Shown: in pieces, positions 1 through 13,163 of the stretch
How the letters are laid out: every line of letters starts with the position of its first letter
Position numbering within the stretch: the stretch's first letter is position 1
DNA from: Squalus acanthias
Taxonomy: Eukaryota
DNA: 64,000 nucleotides
Reading direction: 5' to 3'
Assembly (NCBI GenBank): GCA_030390025.1
Contig: CM059432.1
Coordinates: 67,024,001 to 67,088,000, forward strand
Translations under genes and position numbers: made by a program
The notes under the pieces: model-generated
What the model saw: the letters and a program-made list of their open reading frames with translations, nothing else
The model's database searches: none
What the model was told of the DNA's origin: nothing

Positions 1-1430
1 GAACACAAGGATTATCCTAGAAACCCTTGCTGTCGAGTACTGAAGGGCGCCTCCAGGCCTGACCAGGCACCTGAAGACATCTTTAGCATGCCGATGGCTT
101 GGTCAATGATACATCTGGTTGTCATATGGCTCACGTTGTAATGCTCTTGATGATCATTGGTGGGTTCCTCAGATGTGCTATCAGCCAGGTTAGAAGAGGA
201 TATCCTTTGTTGCCTAGCAGCCACCACTTAAGGCTGGTTCCAGGTGCGAACAGGTCGGGGATGTTGGACTGCCACAGTATGAAAGCATCATGGCAGCTGG
301 CGCATACCTACAGGAACCTTTTGTTGTGGTTGCGCACCAGCAGAACCTTGATGGAATGAAATCCCTTGCGGTTGCCAAATGCTCCTGGTTGATCTGGTGG
401 TGTTCGGATTACCATGTGTGTAATCGATGGTATCCTGCACCTGTGGGAAACCAGCCAGAGGCCCAGTCTGACTATTGTCATCACAGATGAAGTTTACATA
501 CCTCCCAGCCCTGGCAAACAATCCATCAGTCACCTGCCGTATGCATTTATGTGCAGCTGACTGCAAGACCCTTGATATGTCTCCGGTATCACTGTGGAAG
601 GAACCAGAGGCAAAAAAATTGAGGACAGTGGTGACTCTTACTGCCATTGGTAATGCATGACCACCAGATCTGCGGAAGCACTGCTCTTCTGAGAGGTCAA
701 GGAAGCGGAGTCTCTGTCTGTACACCCTGTTACGTGGGTAGTGCCTCCTGCAAACGTGACCCCTCTGTTGCCGCCCCCCCACCCACGTTGCTCCCCCCTC
801 TGTTGTCCACTTGCAGCTCCCACCTCTGTTACTACCCCAATTCCTCTCCCCTCTGTTGCTCCCCTCTGTTGTCCATCTGAAGCTCCCTCCACAACATGCC
901 CTTGCTGCTGTGGATGCTGATTGTCTTCCTCATCTGAAGTTCAATCAAAAGTAGCCATGACGCCACCCATCTTGATTTTTTCTGTGCCAACACCTTCAAA
1001 CTGTCAAATAAGTTTCTCACAAGTACTCTCACCAAACCATTTCTCAAAGGAAACTGAGAAAGCAGTAGTGAGCACTGAGCCTTTTTCATATCGGAACTCC
1101 TGACCTTCAATCATCCCCATGAAGTGCTGTTCAATCTCGCCTCTGTTTCACTGACAAGTTTCTCGAACCCCAGGAGACCAGTGCAGGAGCTGTTAATTTA
1201 AAATCGCTGCTAAAATCTCTGGAAAGGAGCCTTACTTAAATATTATAATTAAGAACCTGCCTCTTCAGAGCGAGTTACTTGAATGCCCCGATATTTGCTG
1301 CAGGTTAAAAAAGAAACATACGCATTTGCAGCGGGTTGGGGTTGGGTTTTGTTATTTTAAGATTTAACCCCACCTCAGATCTCTCTTGCCCATCGCAGGG
1401 GGAGGGGCGTGAGGGTTAAACTTCCCCCCC
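1..1430 (-). mobile_element. Degenerate PIF/Harbinger element (transposase pseudogene, runs off the window start)
   Basis: Minus ORF 288-782 contains RRHYPRNRVYRQRL..LSEEQC..ALPMAVRVTTVLNFFASGSF..AHKCIRQVTDGLF..GFPQVQDTIDYTH, homologous to the intact transposases at 38751 and 55708. It is frameshifted and ends in a C-run TIR-like end near 1430. Confidence 0.85.
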
Positions 1431-1482
1431 AATATTTCAGATCGATGACCTTTCCTCAGAACTGGAAGATGTTAGAGATTAA

Positions 1483-2640
1483 GGGAGCGATTTTCTCCCA
1501 ATACTTTAGGTGCTAAAGAGGCTCCGAGGTGGCCAAGATAGGGTCTTGAGCTGCAACGTCGCTTTAGCCCACCTTTAGTGCAAGATGCCATCTTGGTAAA
1601 GGAGTTGAAGCAGTGCTAGGAACGGCCGCCACAAGGATCGTTGAGGCTCTGATTACCAATTAAATTGGCTGCTAGTGCTAATTAAAGAGGCTACATGCCA
1701 TTTTGCTGGCTAACACTGCAATTAATGACCTCTCCCAACAGCGACCAGTTGAACAGGAGTAAAGAAGTTGTTGCTGAGGATTTTGAGTGCTACTTAAAGC
1801 CTTGCTCAGCTTTCACTGTTCACTTGCTGCTGGAAATCGACTGGCCAGACTGAGTTTGAAGAGGACTTTTGAGACACATCGAGAGACTTTCTGGGACATT
1901 TTATCAAGGCTTCACCAACACTCTAGCAACATTTTTCCCAAAAATTCTCTGAGGACTTCATCTAAAGAGAGTGAGTGCAGGAATGCTGTCATCCAGAGAG
2001 AGGCCAGTAGGTTCCTGCTCCATGATTCATATGCCACTACCTCAGGATGTCTGTTCAGCCAGCCCAATGATCTGCTGGGGACAGGTATCTGGGCATCGGA
2101 GACACTCTGCAAAGCCCTCTCAACCGAGGAACCCAGAGCCACCATGGCAGCTGCCTGAGCTTCCACTGCAGCACTTTGCCGTTCCATGGAAGATGCTGGT
2201 AGTGCAATGGAAGCTGTTTCGGCTTCCATTGCAGCACTTTGTCATTCCATGCAAGCTGTTTGGCGTTCCATAGAAGCTGCCATGACTGAGCTGCCACCTC
2301 AGTCATCAGACACTGCATGATGTCGGGCTCCACAGATCATTGGCTGGAAGTCACCAGCCTCTCCACACTGGAGAGGATGGGTTCCAGGCTTCGCATCAAG
2401 CCATGGGCCAAGCTGGAGGTGGACTCCACCATCCCTCTAGCCATGACCCGTAAGCTTTCAGGCAGGCTGTCCATTGCACCAAGCACTTAGTTTGTCAAAC
2501 CCATCAGCCTTCTTCTGAAGCTTGGCCCTGCGAGGTCCTCAACTGACTCCTCTACAGCAGAACTAGTATGCGACCTTGACCCGGCAAAGTAGCACCTGTG
2601 GTGTCCCTTCCACCCGGCGTGGCTGCTGCCCACTAGTCCC
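1483..2640 (-). mobile_element. Harbinger-derived remnant with Myb-partner gene 3' exon fragments
   Basis: Starts with TIR-like GGGAGCGATTTT. Minus-strand peptides (SAAVEAQAAAMVALGSSVERALQ) resemble exon 3 of the element at 13164-15542. The other end is lost. Confidence 0.6.
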
Positions 2641-3290
2641 CACAGAGTTCTGTCCTGGCACCCATGTTATTCAACGTTCATACCAGTGACCTGCCCGAAA
2701 CAGAGTCCCGCACGTTCGTATATGCTGATGACATTGCCTTGGCCACGCAAAACGTGAATCTGTCTGTCACCGAGGAGGCCCTGACCAGTGATTTACAGAG
2801 GATAGAGGCCTACTTCCGCCAAAGGTAACTTTGGCTAAACCCACAAAAGACCGTCACCTCGGCATTCCACCTCAACACTCAACAAGCAAACTAAGCTTTG
2901 AAAGTCAACTTTTGAGGTGCAGAGGTCAACCATGCCAAAAAACCCTATTTAGGAGTCATGCTTGATTGCACCCTGTCATATAGACAGTATCTCCAGAATC
3001 TTGGGAAGAAACTAAAGAGTAGGGTCAACTTGATCCAGAAACTCACCGGATCCACATGGGGAACAGACGCTCAAACCCTCCATATAGCAGCACTCGCCCT
3101 GGTGTACTCTACAGCGGAGTACTGTTCTCCGGCATGGCTATCACATCCGCACGTCAAATCCGTTGATGTCCAGCTGAATTTTACTATGTGAATTATCACC
3201 AGTACACTTTTATCAACACCAACACCTTGGCTGCCCGTGCTTGCAAACATCACACCACCACACCTACGCCGTGAATATGCAGTCTTCATC
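2640..3290 (+). mobile_element. Non-LTR retrotransposon RT fragment, Ingi/Vingi-like (I group)
   Basis: Translates to QSSVLAPMLFNVHTSDLPETESRTFVYADD... and LKSRVNLIQKLTGSTWGTDAQTLHIAALALVYSTAEYCSPAW...PTPWLPVLANITPPHLRR; in-frame stops present. Confidence 0.8.
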
Positions 3291-4621
3291 TGCATCTCAG
3301 GTCCTGTTTCATCTCCTACTTGATGAGCTGCATTGCTGTGATCTGGGGAGAGTGTCCTGGAGTGCCAGAAAGGGCAACCCTCCTCAGACCCATCTCATAC
3401 AGCAGTGTCTTCACTTTGCCAACATTCATACAGAAGGTTCAGGTATTACTTTGTTCAATCACATGCTCACAGAATCTCTTTCCTCCTTCCACACTTGTTT
3501 TGCCAATCACTGGTTTTGCTAAAAACTTCTTTTGCAGCACTAAATTTTTGGAAATTCTGGCAGCAGTTGTAAATCCCTTACAACCTTTGGAAAGGCTGGA
3601 ATCTATGTTTATCCCCATAACTAACCATTTATCTTTACATGACTGTATCCTTTTAAATCTGCAGTTCTTTAAGGGCTGATTAAGTGGCAAATTTCACTCA
3701 TCCTACATCCTCTTTAGTAAGCTACCAACACCAGGCCTAATCAAGGCTGGCAGCTCAGCAGATCCAGCGGGGCTGGCTATTCCAAGCAAAAGCCACCAGC
3801 ATTCCAATTCCACCACTTCAATACCAGTTAGTTCACTATGCCTATTAGTTAAAATAGAAATCTGCAAAAATTGAATGTGATATGTCCCTATTATGCTGTT
3901 CAGTGAGCCAAGGGCAGCACAATTCCTTCTCCTACAAACATAGGAACAAGAATAGGCCATTCAGCCCCTCAAGCCTGTTCCACCATTCAATTAGATCATG
4001 GCTGAGCTGTACCTCAACTCCATTTACCCGCCTTTTCTTCATATCAAATAAAATGTATATCCCTTCACAGTGAAACCTTAAATTTGGATTTGTTCCCAAT
4101 TTCTTTATTCAATGGGGTATTTACAACGTGTCATACTTGATAGTGAAGCTGACACTCCTGAGGCAAAACATTATATTATATTGTTCTACAATAATTCTCA
4201 ATATGCCAAGAAACCCATCCAAATGCATTGGCTTTTAACATCCTCAGGAAAGCAATTTCGAGATGAGCTCAGTTTCAATGTTTGAAGTCTTAATTTGTCA
4301 GGTTACATTTTCCACAAATCATTACAGGAATATTTTAGACCATATTATTTTAGTTATTATCTTAATTTTATTTTTATTCATCATAGCCTGAATTATTTCA
4401 ACCTCCCTTTGTTTTGCATTTGATCATTTTAAACTTTCCTAATTCTGTTTCTCGTTCACTGTTTAACAATTTACATTTGCACCAATCTCTTCCTGTCCAG
4501 CCCCATCTCTTTTGAATTTGCACAGTCCAAGGTCTTTTACGATTCTGTACAGTTCAAATGTATGTTAGGTAAAGAGTCTTGTCAGAATTAAAATAAGATG
4601 TAATTGTTAATGAGTGGTTTA

Positions 4622-5834
4622 TGTAAGGTTTCCAAAATTTGCAGATCCCCAAAACCTAAGGAAAAAGGACTTTGGAACTACCTCAGAGTGATAAAAATGC
4701 ATTTGGGCCTAACATAAGGAATTTAAGACCAAAAACCAAGTTTTGGCATTTTAAAAAGACATGTCTGGACATGTAAGGGAGAAAAGGCTGCACAGGAGGT
4801 GGGGTCAACCTCTGTAAATAGCAGTTTTGGGTATTGCAGTTGTCTGGGGAATCGGGATGACCTCATTCAAGCCCCAGCAAGCATTAACATTTTGACAATA
4901 GACCCTGGGAGAAGGCAGCCCCACCCAAAACACGAAACCAATCACCTGTAATCAACCGAAGATCGATAGGATGCAAACCATTCAAAAAAAAAAACATTTG
5001 ACACTTACAGAACCCATTAAAGACATGCATAAAGATAGAAATCCCCAGGCCCAGTCAAGAAACCCAAAACACGAGGACAATGCAAACTCCGATTAAACAA
5101 CAGATCGACAGGATGCAAGCCATTTGACACTTAGTAAAGTCGTTACTGTTGACGAGGTCTTACAATGACCAGGATTTGATTTGGTTTTGACAAGGCCACT
5201 TCAATTTAGTATAATTGAAGGCCCATCAAGCAGTTACAAGTTCGAGTTCTCCAGTTACAGTTCAAGTTCAACAGAAGGCAGTTTCCACAGTTCTGCAAGA
5301 AGGCAGTTCCACAGCTCGGAAGAAGACAGTTTAAACAGAGGCAGAGTTACAGCAAGAAGTTAAACAAAGAAGGCCAACAGCTTCACAAGCAGGCCGACAC
5401 GCAAGAAGAAACCAGAGCGACTGCCTCAGTGACCAGCGGACACCTCGCGGCAACAAGGGCCTTACAAAACCTTTTACTCAAAAGACTCTAAACCCTAACT
5501 CTAAACTGTCAAGGATTCATTTGGTGAGCATTATCCCTGGTTCTCCAGAGTCCAACCTAGCTAGTGAAGTGGGATTGGAGGGGTGAAGTATTCTTCTAAT
5601 GTTATTTCCCTCGCTTGTATCGAAGTGATCCCCACCTTTAGAGTGATAAGAGTGTTTGTGTTGTGTTTTACTTCCTTGAATAAAAGTCAAAGTTCTTACA
5701 TCAAACCTGTTGTCTACTGCATCTTTGTTCACAACCCCCAAATAAGTCCAAGGTCTAGAACCAGGGGCGTGGGAGCAATTTGAACCGCTCACTGAGTCAG
5801 AGGCGAGGCTGACCCCCACACACAACCCCCTACA
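4622..5834 (+). mobile_element. Solo LTR (ERV- or Gypsy-type)
   Basis: Ends TGTAAGG...CCCTACA with 4-bp TSD TTTA (4618-4621 and 5835-5838). Internal duplicated U3-like motifs (gatcga-aggatgcaa-ccatt near 4960 and 5102), TATA-like sequence near 5210 and AATAAA near 5679; no coding domain. Confidence 0.8.
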
Positions 5835-7172
5835 TTTACCCACTGATTGAAACATTAGCTTGTTAAAATAAAAGCTGTCTCATTGATATTTAGTACCATA
5901 ATTATTATTGCAATGTCCAATACAATTTTTCTTCCGATGTTTGTACCTTTTGCACAACAACACTGATGTAAATATTCCACAATTCTCAACTTTCTAGTTT
6001 ATTTAATCCAAAAACATCTATGTGTGCAAAAACATTTTGCAATTGGCTTTTCTTGGTTTCATCAATCATAACCCTTATGGGAAACACCTGACAGTGGAAA
6101 GGCACCTAATATGCACTTCTACTTGCCCCATGCTTCTGGAAAGTCCAGTGACTACCCACTTTTATGTGGGTGCCCAGTTCCCTCTCCACTATCCAGCTCC
6201 ACCTTGGCCTTCTGTGTAAGGGGGCCTAACCAAATTATTTTCTAAAAAAAAGACAATCTTTCTTCAGGGGTCCGCTGGTAGGGCCCACTGCGGTTTGTCT
6301 GCAGGCAAATTTGCCTCATCTTTCACAACCTACTCACCTCCAATATTATGCGCGGGGCACTTATGAGCCAGGAAGCAGGAACTCCCAATGTAGGAAGTCC
6401 CTGGCACTGGCTCAGCTCCCTCGGCTCCACAGACTTGCCGACATACTTTCAAAATTATTTGGGAATATCTCCCATATTGCACAACATCTCACTCATTGCC
6501 AATTTTTCAATTTGTTTTGTGTTCTAATTTCTCCCCGTGTTCTCTTTTGCAAAATGTTTACTACATTTCCATCCAACTGAGTGGCAGGTCTTCCCTGTGC
6601 AAATGTACCACCGCTATTCAAGAAAGGAGGGAGAGAGAAAACAGGGAACTACAGGCCAGTTAGCCTGACATCAGTCATCGACACAATGCCGGAATCCATT
6701 GTTAAGGAAGTGGTATCAGGGCACTTAGAAAATGATAACATGATTAGGCAGAGTCAACATGGTTTTATGAAAGGCAAATCATGTTTGACAAATTTATTAG
6801 AGTTTTTTGAGGATGTAACTAGCAGGGTAGATAAAGGGGAACCAGTGGATGTAGTATATTTGGAATTCCAAAAGGCATTCGATATGGTGCCACATAAAAG
6901 GTTATTACACAAGATTAGGGCTCATGGGGTTGGGGTAATATAGTAGCATGGATAGAGGATTGGTTAACGGACAGAAAACAGAGAGTAGGGATAAACGGAT
7001 CTTTTTCAGATTGGTAGGCTGTAACTAGTGGGGTGCCGCAAGGATCAGTGTTGGGGCCTCAGCTATTTACAATCTATATTAATGACCTAGATGAAGGGAC
7101 CGAGTGTAATGTATCCAAGTTTGCTGATGATACAAAGCTAGGTGGAACAGTAAGCTGTGAGGAGAACACAAA

Positions 7173-8043
7173 GGCCGCGATTTTAATGGCACTGAGAGGG
7201 CGGGTTTGGAGGCGGGTCAAGGGTCAAAATTGTTTTGTTTGAGGGCGGGTTTCGATCCCGGCGTCAACCCACCTCCAAACAATTTTCCCAAGTGACGGGC
7301 CCCGATTTGTGCATGGACCCGACACCTAGCGGTGGGAAGAGGATTAAAGCCACTTACCTGCCTGTTAACAGGTACTTGATAGTAGTTAACAGGCTCTTTT
7401 TCAATTTTGCCACTTTTGTTTGGGGTTCCCAACGTCCCGGACACCACGCCAGGTAAGTGTGGCGTGTTGTGAGTCTGCTGTAGTGTTTTTGCATTGATGA
7501 CAGCAGCAGAAGTGGGGTGAAGGATCCAATGGTGCACTGGCGAGTTTCAGAGGTAAGGAAATGTTGGGAAAATCATTTTAAATGCTCTTACACTTTTCTG
7601 TAGGTAAAAAAATTTGAAATCGATGTCTAGTCCCACCTCATTGGGAGAACCTCTCTCACTAGTGACAGATCGCTTCTGTAACCTCACCTGCAGCTGCCAT
7701 CTGTTCTAGCCTATGGAGGGAGTCACTGGAGAGCCTGGGTGCAAGAGCTCACCTTTGTACAGTGATTGTCAGTGTTTGCAGCACCTCAGCTGTCAAACAC
7801 TGAGAAATTAGTGTCAAAGAAAAATTGTACGTTGTCCCTTTAAGAAAACTGGCAGATGACGCATCATCAAATGACGTCATCTGACCGGCTTCCTCTTAAT
7901 TGGCTGGCAAGCCTGCAGGGCGTGCTTAACAAGGTCAATCAACGTAAAATCACATCCGTGGGCCGGATGTAGTTGGGGCGGGACTGGAAGCCAGAAACCA
8001 CCTGACCTGCTCCCAACCCGCATCTATTTACAAGATCGCGGCC
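7173..8043. mobile_element. Non-autonomous Harbinger-type MITE
   Basis: TIRs GGCCGCGATTTT / AAGATCGCGGCC with 3-bp TSD AAA. It interrupts the CR1 sequence acacAAAgagtctgcaaagg, seen uninterrupted near 32961. Confidence 0.9.
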
Positions 8044-8160
8044 AAAGAGTCTGCAAAGGGATATAGATAGACAAAGTGAGTGGGCAGTAAGGAGGCAGAT
8101 GGAGTATAATGTAGGGAAATGTGAGGTTATTCACTTTGGAAGGAAGAATATAAAAACAGA

Positions 8161-9597
8161 GGGCGTGATTTTCCCAATGGATGGGGGTTGGAGGAGAGTT
8201 TCAGTTTGGGTGGGTTCCAAACCCGCCTCCACTGAGAGGTAGGAAAAATTTGCAATTTTCCCCTAATTGGCCAGTTGATTTCAGAGGTGTGGGTTCCCCT
8301 GGGCCAATTAGTGTTTTGGGACTGAAACTTGCCTCTGTTGACGTCACTTATTCAGCTTCATTTAAGGGCTGCTGGCTGCCTTGGCTCATTCCACTGGTTT
8401 TTGGTTGATGCTGCACCACCTCCAAGCTGTTATCTCCTTGAAGAATGGCCAGCTCCAAGGCAAGGGCCTCCCCGAGGTTCTCGGATGAGGCGCTGGGTAT
8501 GCTGGTTGAGGGGGCGAGAGCTAGCAGGGAGGTGCTCTTCCCCTCATCTGGGAGGAAGAGGCCTCCCAAAGAAACCAAGGCTGTGTGGGTCCAGCTGGCA
8601 TGGGATATAACCTCCAGATCTGTGTGCAGATTGGGCGATTGTTTCTGTTTATTGATGAAATGCCATCCCTGTGGGAATGTATTAAAATTAGGTGATGGCA
8701 AACTGTTGGTGTGATGGCATCCGTTATTTCGGCTAAGGCAGCTACACATTGCGGGCTCCGCGACACTTGCGTGGTCAGGTTGGTGGTCAGAGTGAAAGGA
8801 GGCCAGAGAGTGATGCCCATTGTCTATCATGTGTTAAGAAGGAGCCAAGCACATGTGGCACAATGGGCAACCTATGCAAATCTCCAGGATGAGTGCATTC
8901 CTTGCACGACATGCTTCGATGCGCTGGCACCTTCTGCCCTGTGCAGCATCAGGTGGGTGAGCAGGAGGTTGGGGCTCCTGCTGCTGCTGAGCTGCCTGGT
9001 TCTGCTGCTACCGTGGCTGCTCTTCATCCGAATCTGAGGTCCATGGTGAAAGGAAATAAATGGTTTCCATGCTGCTGGCAGATACCTCCGTTGGGGAAGC
9101 GCTCAGTCCAAGCGGGGAGAGGGTCTTCCAAGGAAGTCCCACAGTTGAGAGATAGAAGCTGCAGCACCTCTGACTTCGGTAGGCCTGCTAAAAGTGCTGA
9201 AAGACCTTTGGAACAAAAGTTCTGCCATCTGCAACTGCTCCCTGATGAAAGCTCCGTTTTAATGGTGGAGCTGCAGCTGTGAGGAGGCCACCCACTTGTC
9301 AACCCGCCAGGTTTAGCTGGCGCGGTTTAGGAGGGTCGTGGAACACGCTGAAAATGTGGTAAAATAACGAGGGCCGGTCAAAATAGGATTATAGAGGCCC
9401 CTAACTACTATTTAAGTGTCTTAACTACCTCTCTGGACTGATGGAGGCGGGACCGAATCGTACCCATCAAAACTGCCTCCAGCAAAATTGCGCGAAGGCG
9501 GGTTGGAGGTGGGTTCCGAACCCGCCCTCTGTTTTTGCCATTTTGCCAACTGTCCCGCCTCCAAACCCGCCTCCTCGGGACTGGGAAAATCACCCCC
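8161..9597. mobile_element. Internally deleted Harbinger element (Myb exon 1 remnant on +, probable transposase 3' remnant on -)
   Basis: TIRs GGGCGTGATTTTCCCA / TGGGAAAATCACCCCC with TSD AGA. ORF 8445 MASSKARASPRFSDEALGMLVEGARASREVLFPSSGRK..W is Myb/SANT-like. Confidence 0.9.
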
Positions 9598-10454
9598 AGA
9601 ATATTTTTTAAATGGTGAGAAACTTTTAAATGTTAGTGTTCAGAGAGATTTGGGTGTCCTCGTGCAAGAAACACAGAAAGCTAGCATGCAGGTACAGCAA
9701 GCAATAAGGAAGGCAAATGGAATGTTGGCCTTTATTGCAAGGGGGTTGGAGTATAAGAGTAAGGAAGTCTTGCTACTATTGTACAAGACCTTGGTGAGAC
9801 CACACCTGGAGTACTGTGCACAGTTTTGGTCTCCTTATCTAAGGAAGGATATACTTGCCTTGGAGGCGGTGCAACGAAGGTTCACTAAATTGATTCCTGG
9901 GATGAGAGGGCTGTCCTATGATGAGAGATTGTGTAGAATAGGCCTATACTCTCTGGAGTTTAGAAGAATGAGAGGTGATCTCATTGAAACATACAAGATT
10001 CTGGAGGGGATTGACAGGGTAGATACTGAGAGGTTGTTTCCCCTGGCTGGAGTGTCTAGAACTAGGGAGCATAGTCTCAGGATAAGGGGTAGGCCATTTA
10101 AGACTGAGATGAGGAGTAATTTCTTCATTCAGAGGGTTGTGAATCTTTGGAATCCTCTGTCCCAGAGGGCTGTGAATGCTGAGTCTTTCAGTATATTCAA
10201 GGCTGAGATAGATACATTTTTGGACTCATGGGGAATCAAGGGATATGGGGATAGTGGAGTTGAGGTCGATGATCAGCCATAATCTTATTGAATGGCGGAG
10301 CAGGCTTGAAGGGCCATATGGCCTACTCTTGCTCCTATTTCTTATGTTCTTACTTCGCCACAGTCACTGTTAAAGGGATGCTTGCCTTCATTCAAATAGG
10401 GTGTGCTGGGCTGAGCAATTATATTTTTCTGTCCCCTGCATTTGTGAAACAGAA

Positions 10455-10980
10455 CAATAAAAACTTGCATTTATGTAGCACCTTTAATGTAGAAGAACGT
10501 CCCAAGGTGCTTCACAGAGTTATAAGGAAAAACAGAAGCGGAGCCAAAGGAGGAGATTTTAGGAGGGGTCACCAAAAGCTTAATCGAAGAGGTGGGTTTT
10601 AAGAAGGGTTTTAAAGGAGGAGAGTGATTTAGAGAGGCAGAGAGGTTAAGGGAGGGGAGATGCACAACTGGCCAGAGTCAGAGGAATGGAAAGTTTATGG
10701 GGTGGGGGTGTGGTTCTAGGGCTAAAGGAGATTATAGAAAAAGGGAGGAGTGAGGACATGGACGGGTTTAAACACAAGGATGAGAAATTTAAACTTGAGG
10801 CGTTGGGGGACTGGAAGCGAATGCAGGTCAACAAGGACGGGGTGATGGACGAGTGCAAGACTTGGTATAGGATAGGATAAGGGCAGCAGAGTTTTGGATG
10901 AGCTTAAGTTTATGGAGGCTGATCAGGAGAGCAGTGTAACTGTTGAGTCTGGGGGTGACAAAGGCAATGCATGAAGGGAG
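10455..10980 (-). mobile_element. Old L2-like LINE 3' fragment
   Basis: Begins with the aacttgcatttat-tagcacctttaa tail that recurs at 20680 and 24825; purine-rich degenerate body. Confidence 0.6.
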
Positions 10981-13163
10981 GATGCATGACCCAATACATT
11001 TATATTGTGCTACATCATACAGAACTGACTGACAAGCAGCTCCAAACCACTGATCATTAAGTACAAACCTTCTAATGCTTTCTGTTCCACTATGCTAAAT
11101 ACATTACAGTGGCTCAGAAAAAAAGGTTAATTTTGAGATTCAAGGGTAGATTTTACAGATTTGCTTCCATTGTAGAGTGCATATCGGGGACTTAGATGCT
11201 GAGGTCAGTGGCCCTGTTGGATTTTCAATTCCATGCGGGATCTGCTGACTCTGCATTTGAATTCCCGTTACGCAATTCTAGCAGGCAAAGCTCCATGGTG
11301 GGAGCCCAAGCTCAAGAATCAAACCTTTAAACCCGCTGAGTGTTTCCAGCATTTTCCATTTTATGTTTTAGATTACCAGCAGCTGCAGCTTTTTACTTTT
11401 TGCCTTAAAGAGCTACTTGGTTCTTTTATTCCCAAATCTCTTTCTGCTCTCATACTGCAAAGGAATTTTGGAAAAGTAGCCATGGAAAGAAAAAACATTT
11501 TGGGAGTGGCGGTCCTGATAGTTTGATTGGGAAACTACAGGACCATTCTGTAACTGCTCTTTGTGCAAGCCTAAAATAAACTTGCTGGATTTTCTCAGAC
11601 TAAACTATGAGTCTTCCCGGTCAGCAGCCTTAGCGAATCCAGCAAGTTTAGTTTGGGGTTGCCGCTGGCTGCGCAAAAACCTGCACATCAGGAACTGGGA
11701 GCTAGCACCTCATGAAGCCCATTATAAAAGTAGCTTACAAGAGAAACTGGATAAATTACTGCTGTGCTCTTCTGGAGCTCCTGTAGCAAAGTAGTTACTC
11801 AATTCATTTGCCTTGCTTTACTGTATGTAGAGTGGAACCCTTTGAAACGACCTGATTAGTAGTGCTGAGATTGTTTGCAGCATAATGTAATGGACTGATA
11901 AGCTACATGTCATGTGGCCCGCACTATACTTAGTAATAAATGCCTTTTCAGATGTCTGAGTAAACTACCTTTATTTTATCCAACTATGCTTGACATTTCG
12001 TCTGAACTCAACAGTGAAAAAGAAGCCACCTGTGACAATAATGCTTTAACTTGTTATAGATGCAATAGAAAGCCATTAACACATTTACAAAGAAACCAGA
12101 GGTCTTATTTCATTAAATGTAAAGGATGAAAATCCAGGCTGAAAACAAACATTTGCCAATTTTTAGCTAAGAAAAAACAAATTAAAAGTGACTCTTTTTC
12201 CGTATTCTGGTTTGTTCTGGTGTTTGTTCTTAGTTAGGTTATACAACTGAATGTCAAATATTAGATGTATTTGCATTGGAGAAATAGTTACAATTTACAA
12301 TCCATGAATGAAAACAATATTTAGTGTTCTGACACTGCTGATTCATCCTGTGTGTGAAGATATTTTTAGCAGTAATTTGCCCAAGTGTGGTAAATAACTA
12401 TCTGCATTTTAGTGGTATATTTCACTTCCTCACATGGTAGTCATGTTCACAGAAATGTGTCTAAATCTCACAGATTTTGAATAGTTACAACTGTCGTAAC
12501 CAAGTGGAAATCTGGCATTGAACCCAGTAAGATACCAAACCAACACAGACAAGTAAATGCCAAGTCAAGAGGAACTGCTTAAAAGAATAGAAAATTCAAG
12601 GTTCACAAAAGGGCGAGATGAACCTTGCACTCTCTTCCGGCCTCCGATCAACCCCCTGCTCTGGCCACCGATCTGCCTTCTGGCCTCTGATCTACCCCTG
12701 CTCTGGTCTCCAATCTTCCGCCCTCCCCTGACTCCAGCCTTTCTGATCCCTCTCCCTACTCTCCTCTCCCCAGCTGCGGCCCGGTGCCGAAGGCCTACCT
12801 GCCCGACAGCCAGCCAGCCTGTCTCTCAATAGGGCTGGCTGTGGAAATACTAATCAGGTCCTGCTGTTAAATTCAACCTGTTCTTCTGGGTTTCCCGCCC
12901 TCAAAGCAGCCCGCACTCCTGCTCCGTCCCTGCCTCCGAGTTAATATCCAGCCCTTTGTCTCCACTACCCCATTCCATGTATTGATTGTGCTTTAGTGAA
13001 GACAAACTTCCTGATATCTGTCCTAAATTTGCCTTTTACTAGTTTGAAACTATCCTATTCTCACAATTTAGTTTGAAGTTACTTTTTTGGATCTACCTTT
13101 TCTATAAAGTTAACTATCTTATATACTTTGCTAAGATCACCTCTCAAAGGCTGAAACGTTCAA

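Larger units (their letters stand above)
6598..10350 (+). mobile_element. 5'-truncated CR1 LINE (RT to 3' UTR) split by two Harbinger-type insertions
   Basis: RT motifs [46 protein letters not shown]. The pieces 6598-7172, 8044-8160 and 9598-10350 join seamlessly once the insertions are removed. Confidence 0.95.

Noticed and set aside
3296..3930. Possible host exon or ORFs (3320-3679 +, 3439-3690 -)
   Set aside because: No recognisable domain and no consistent splice or frame support; left unassigned.
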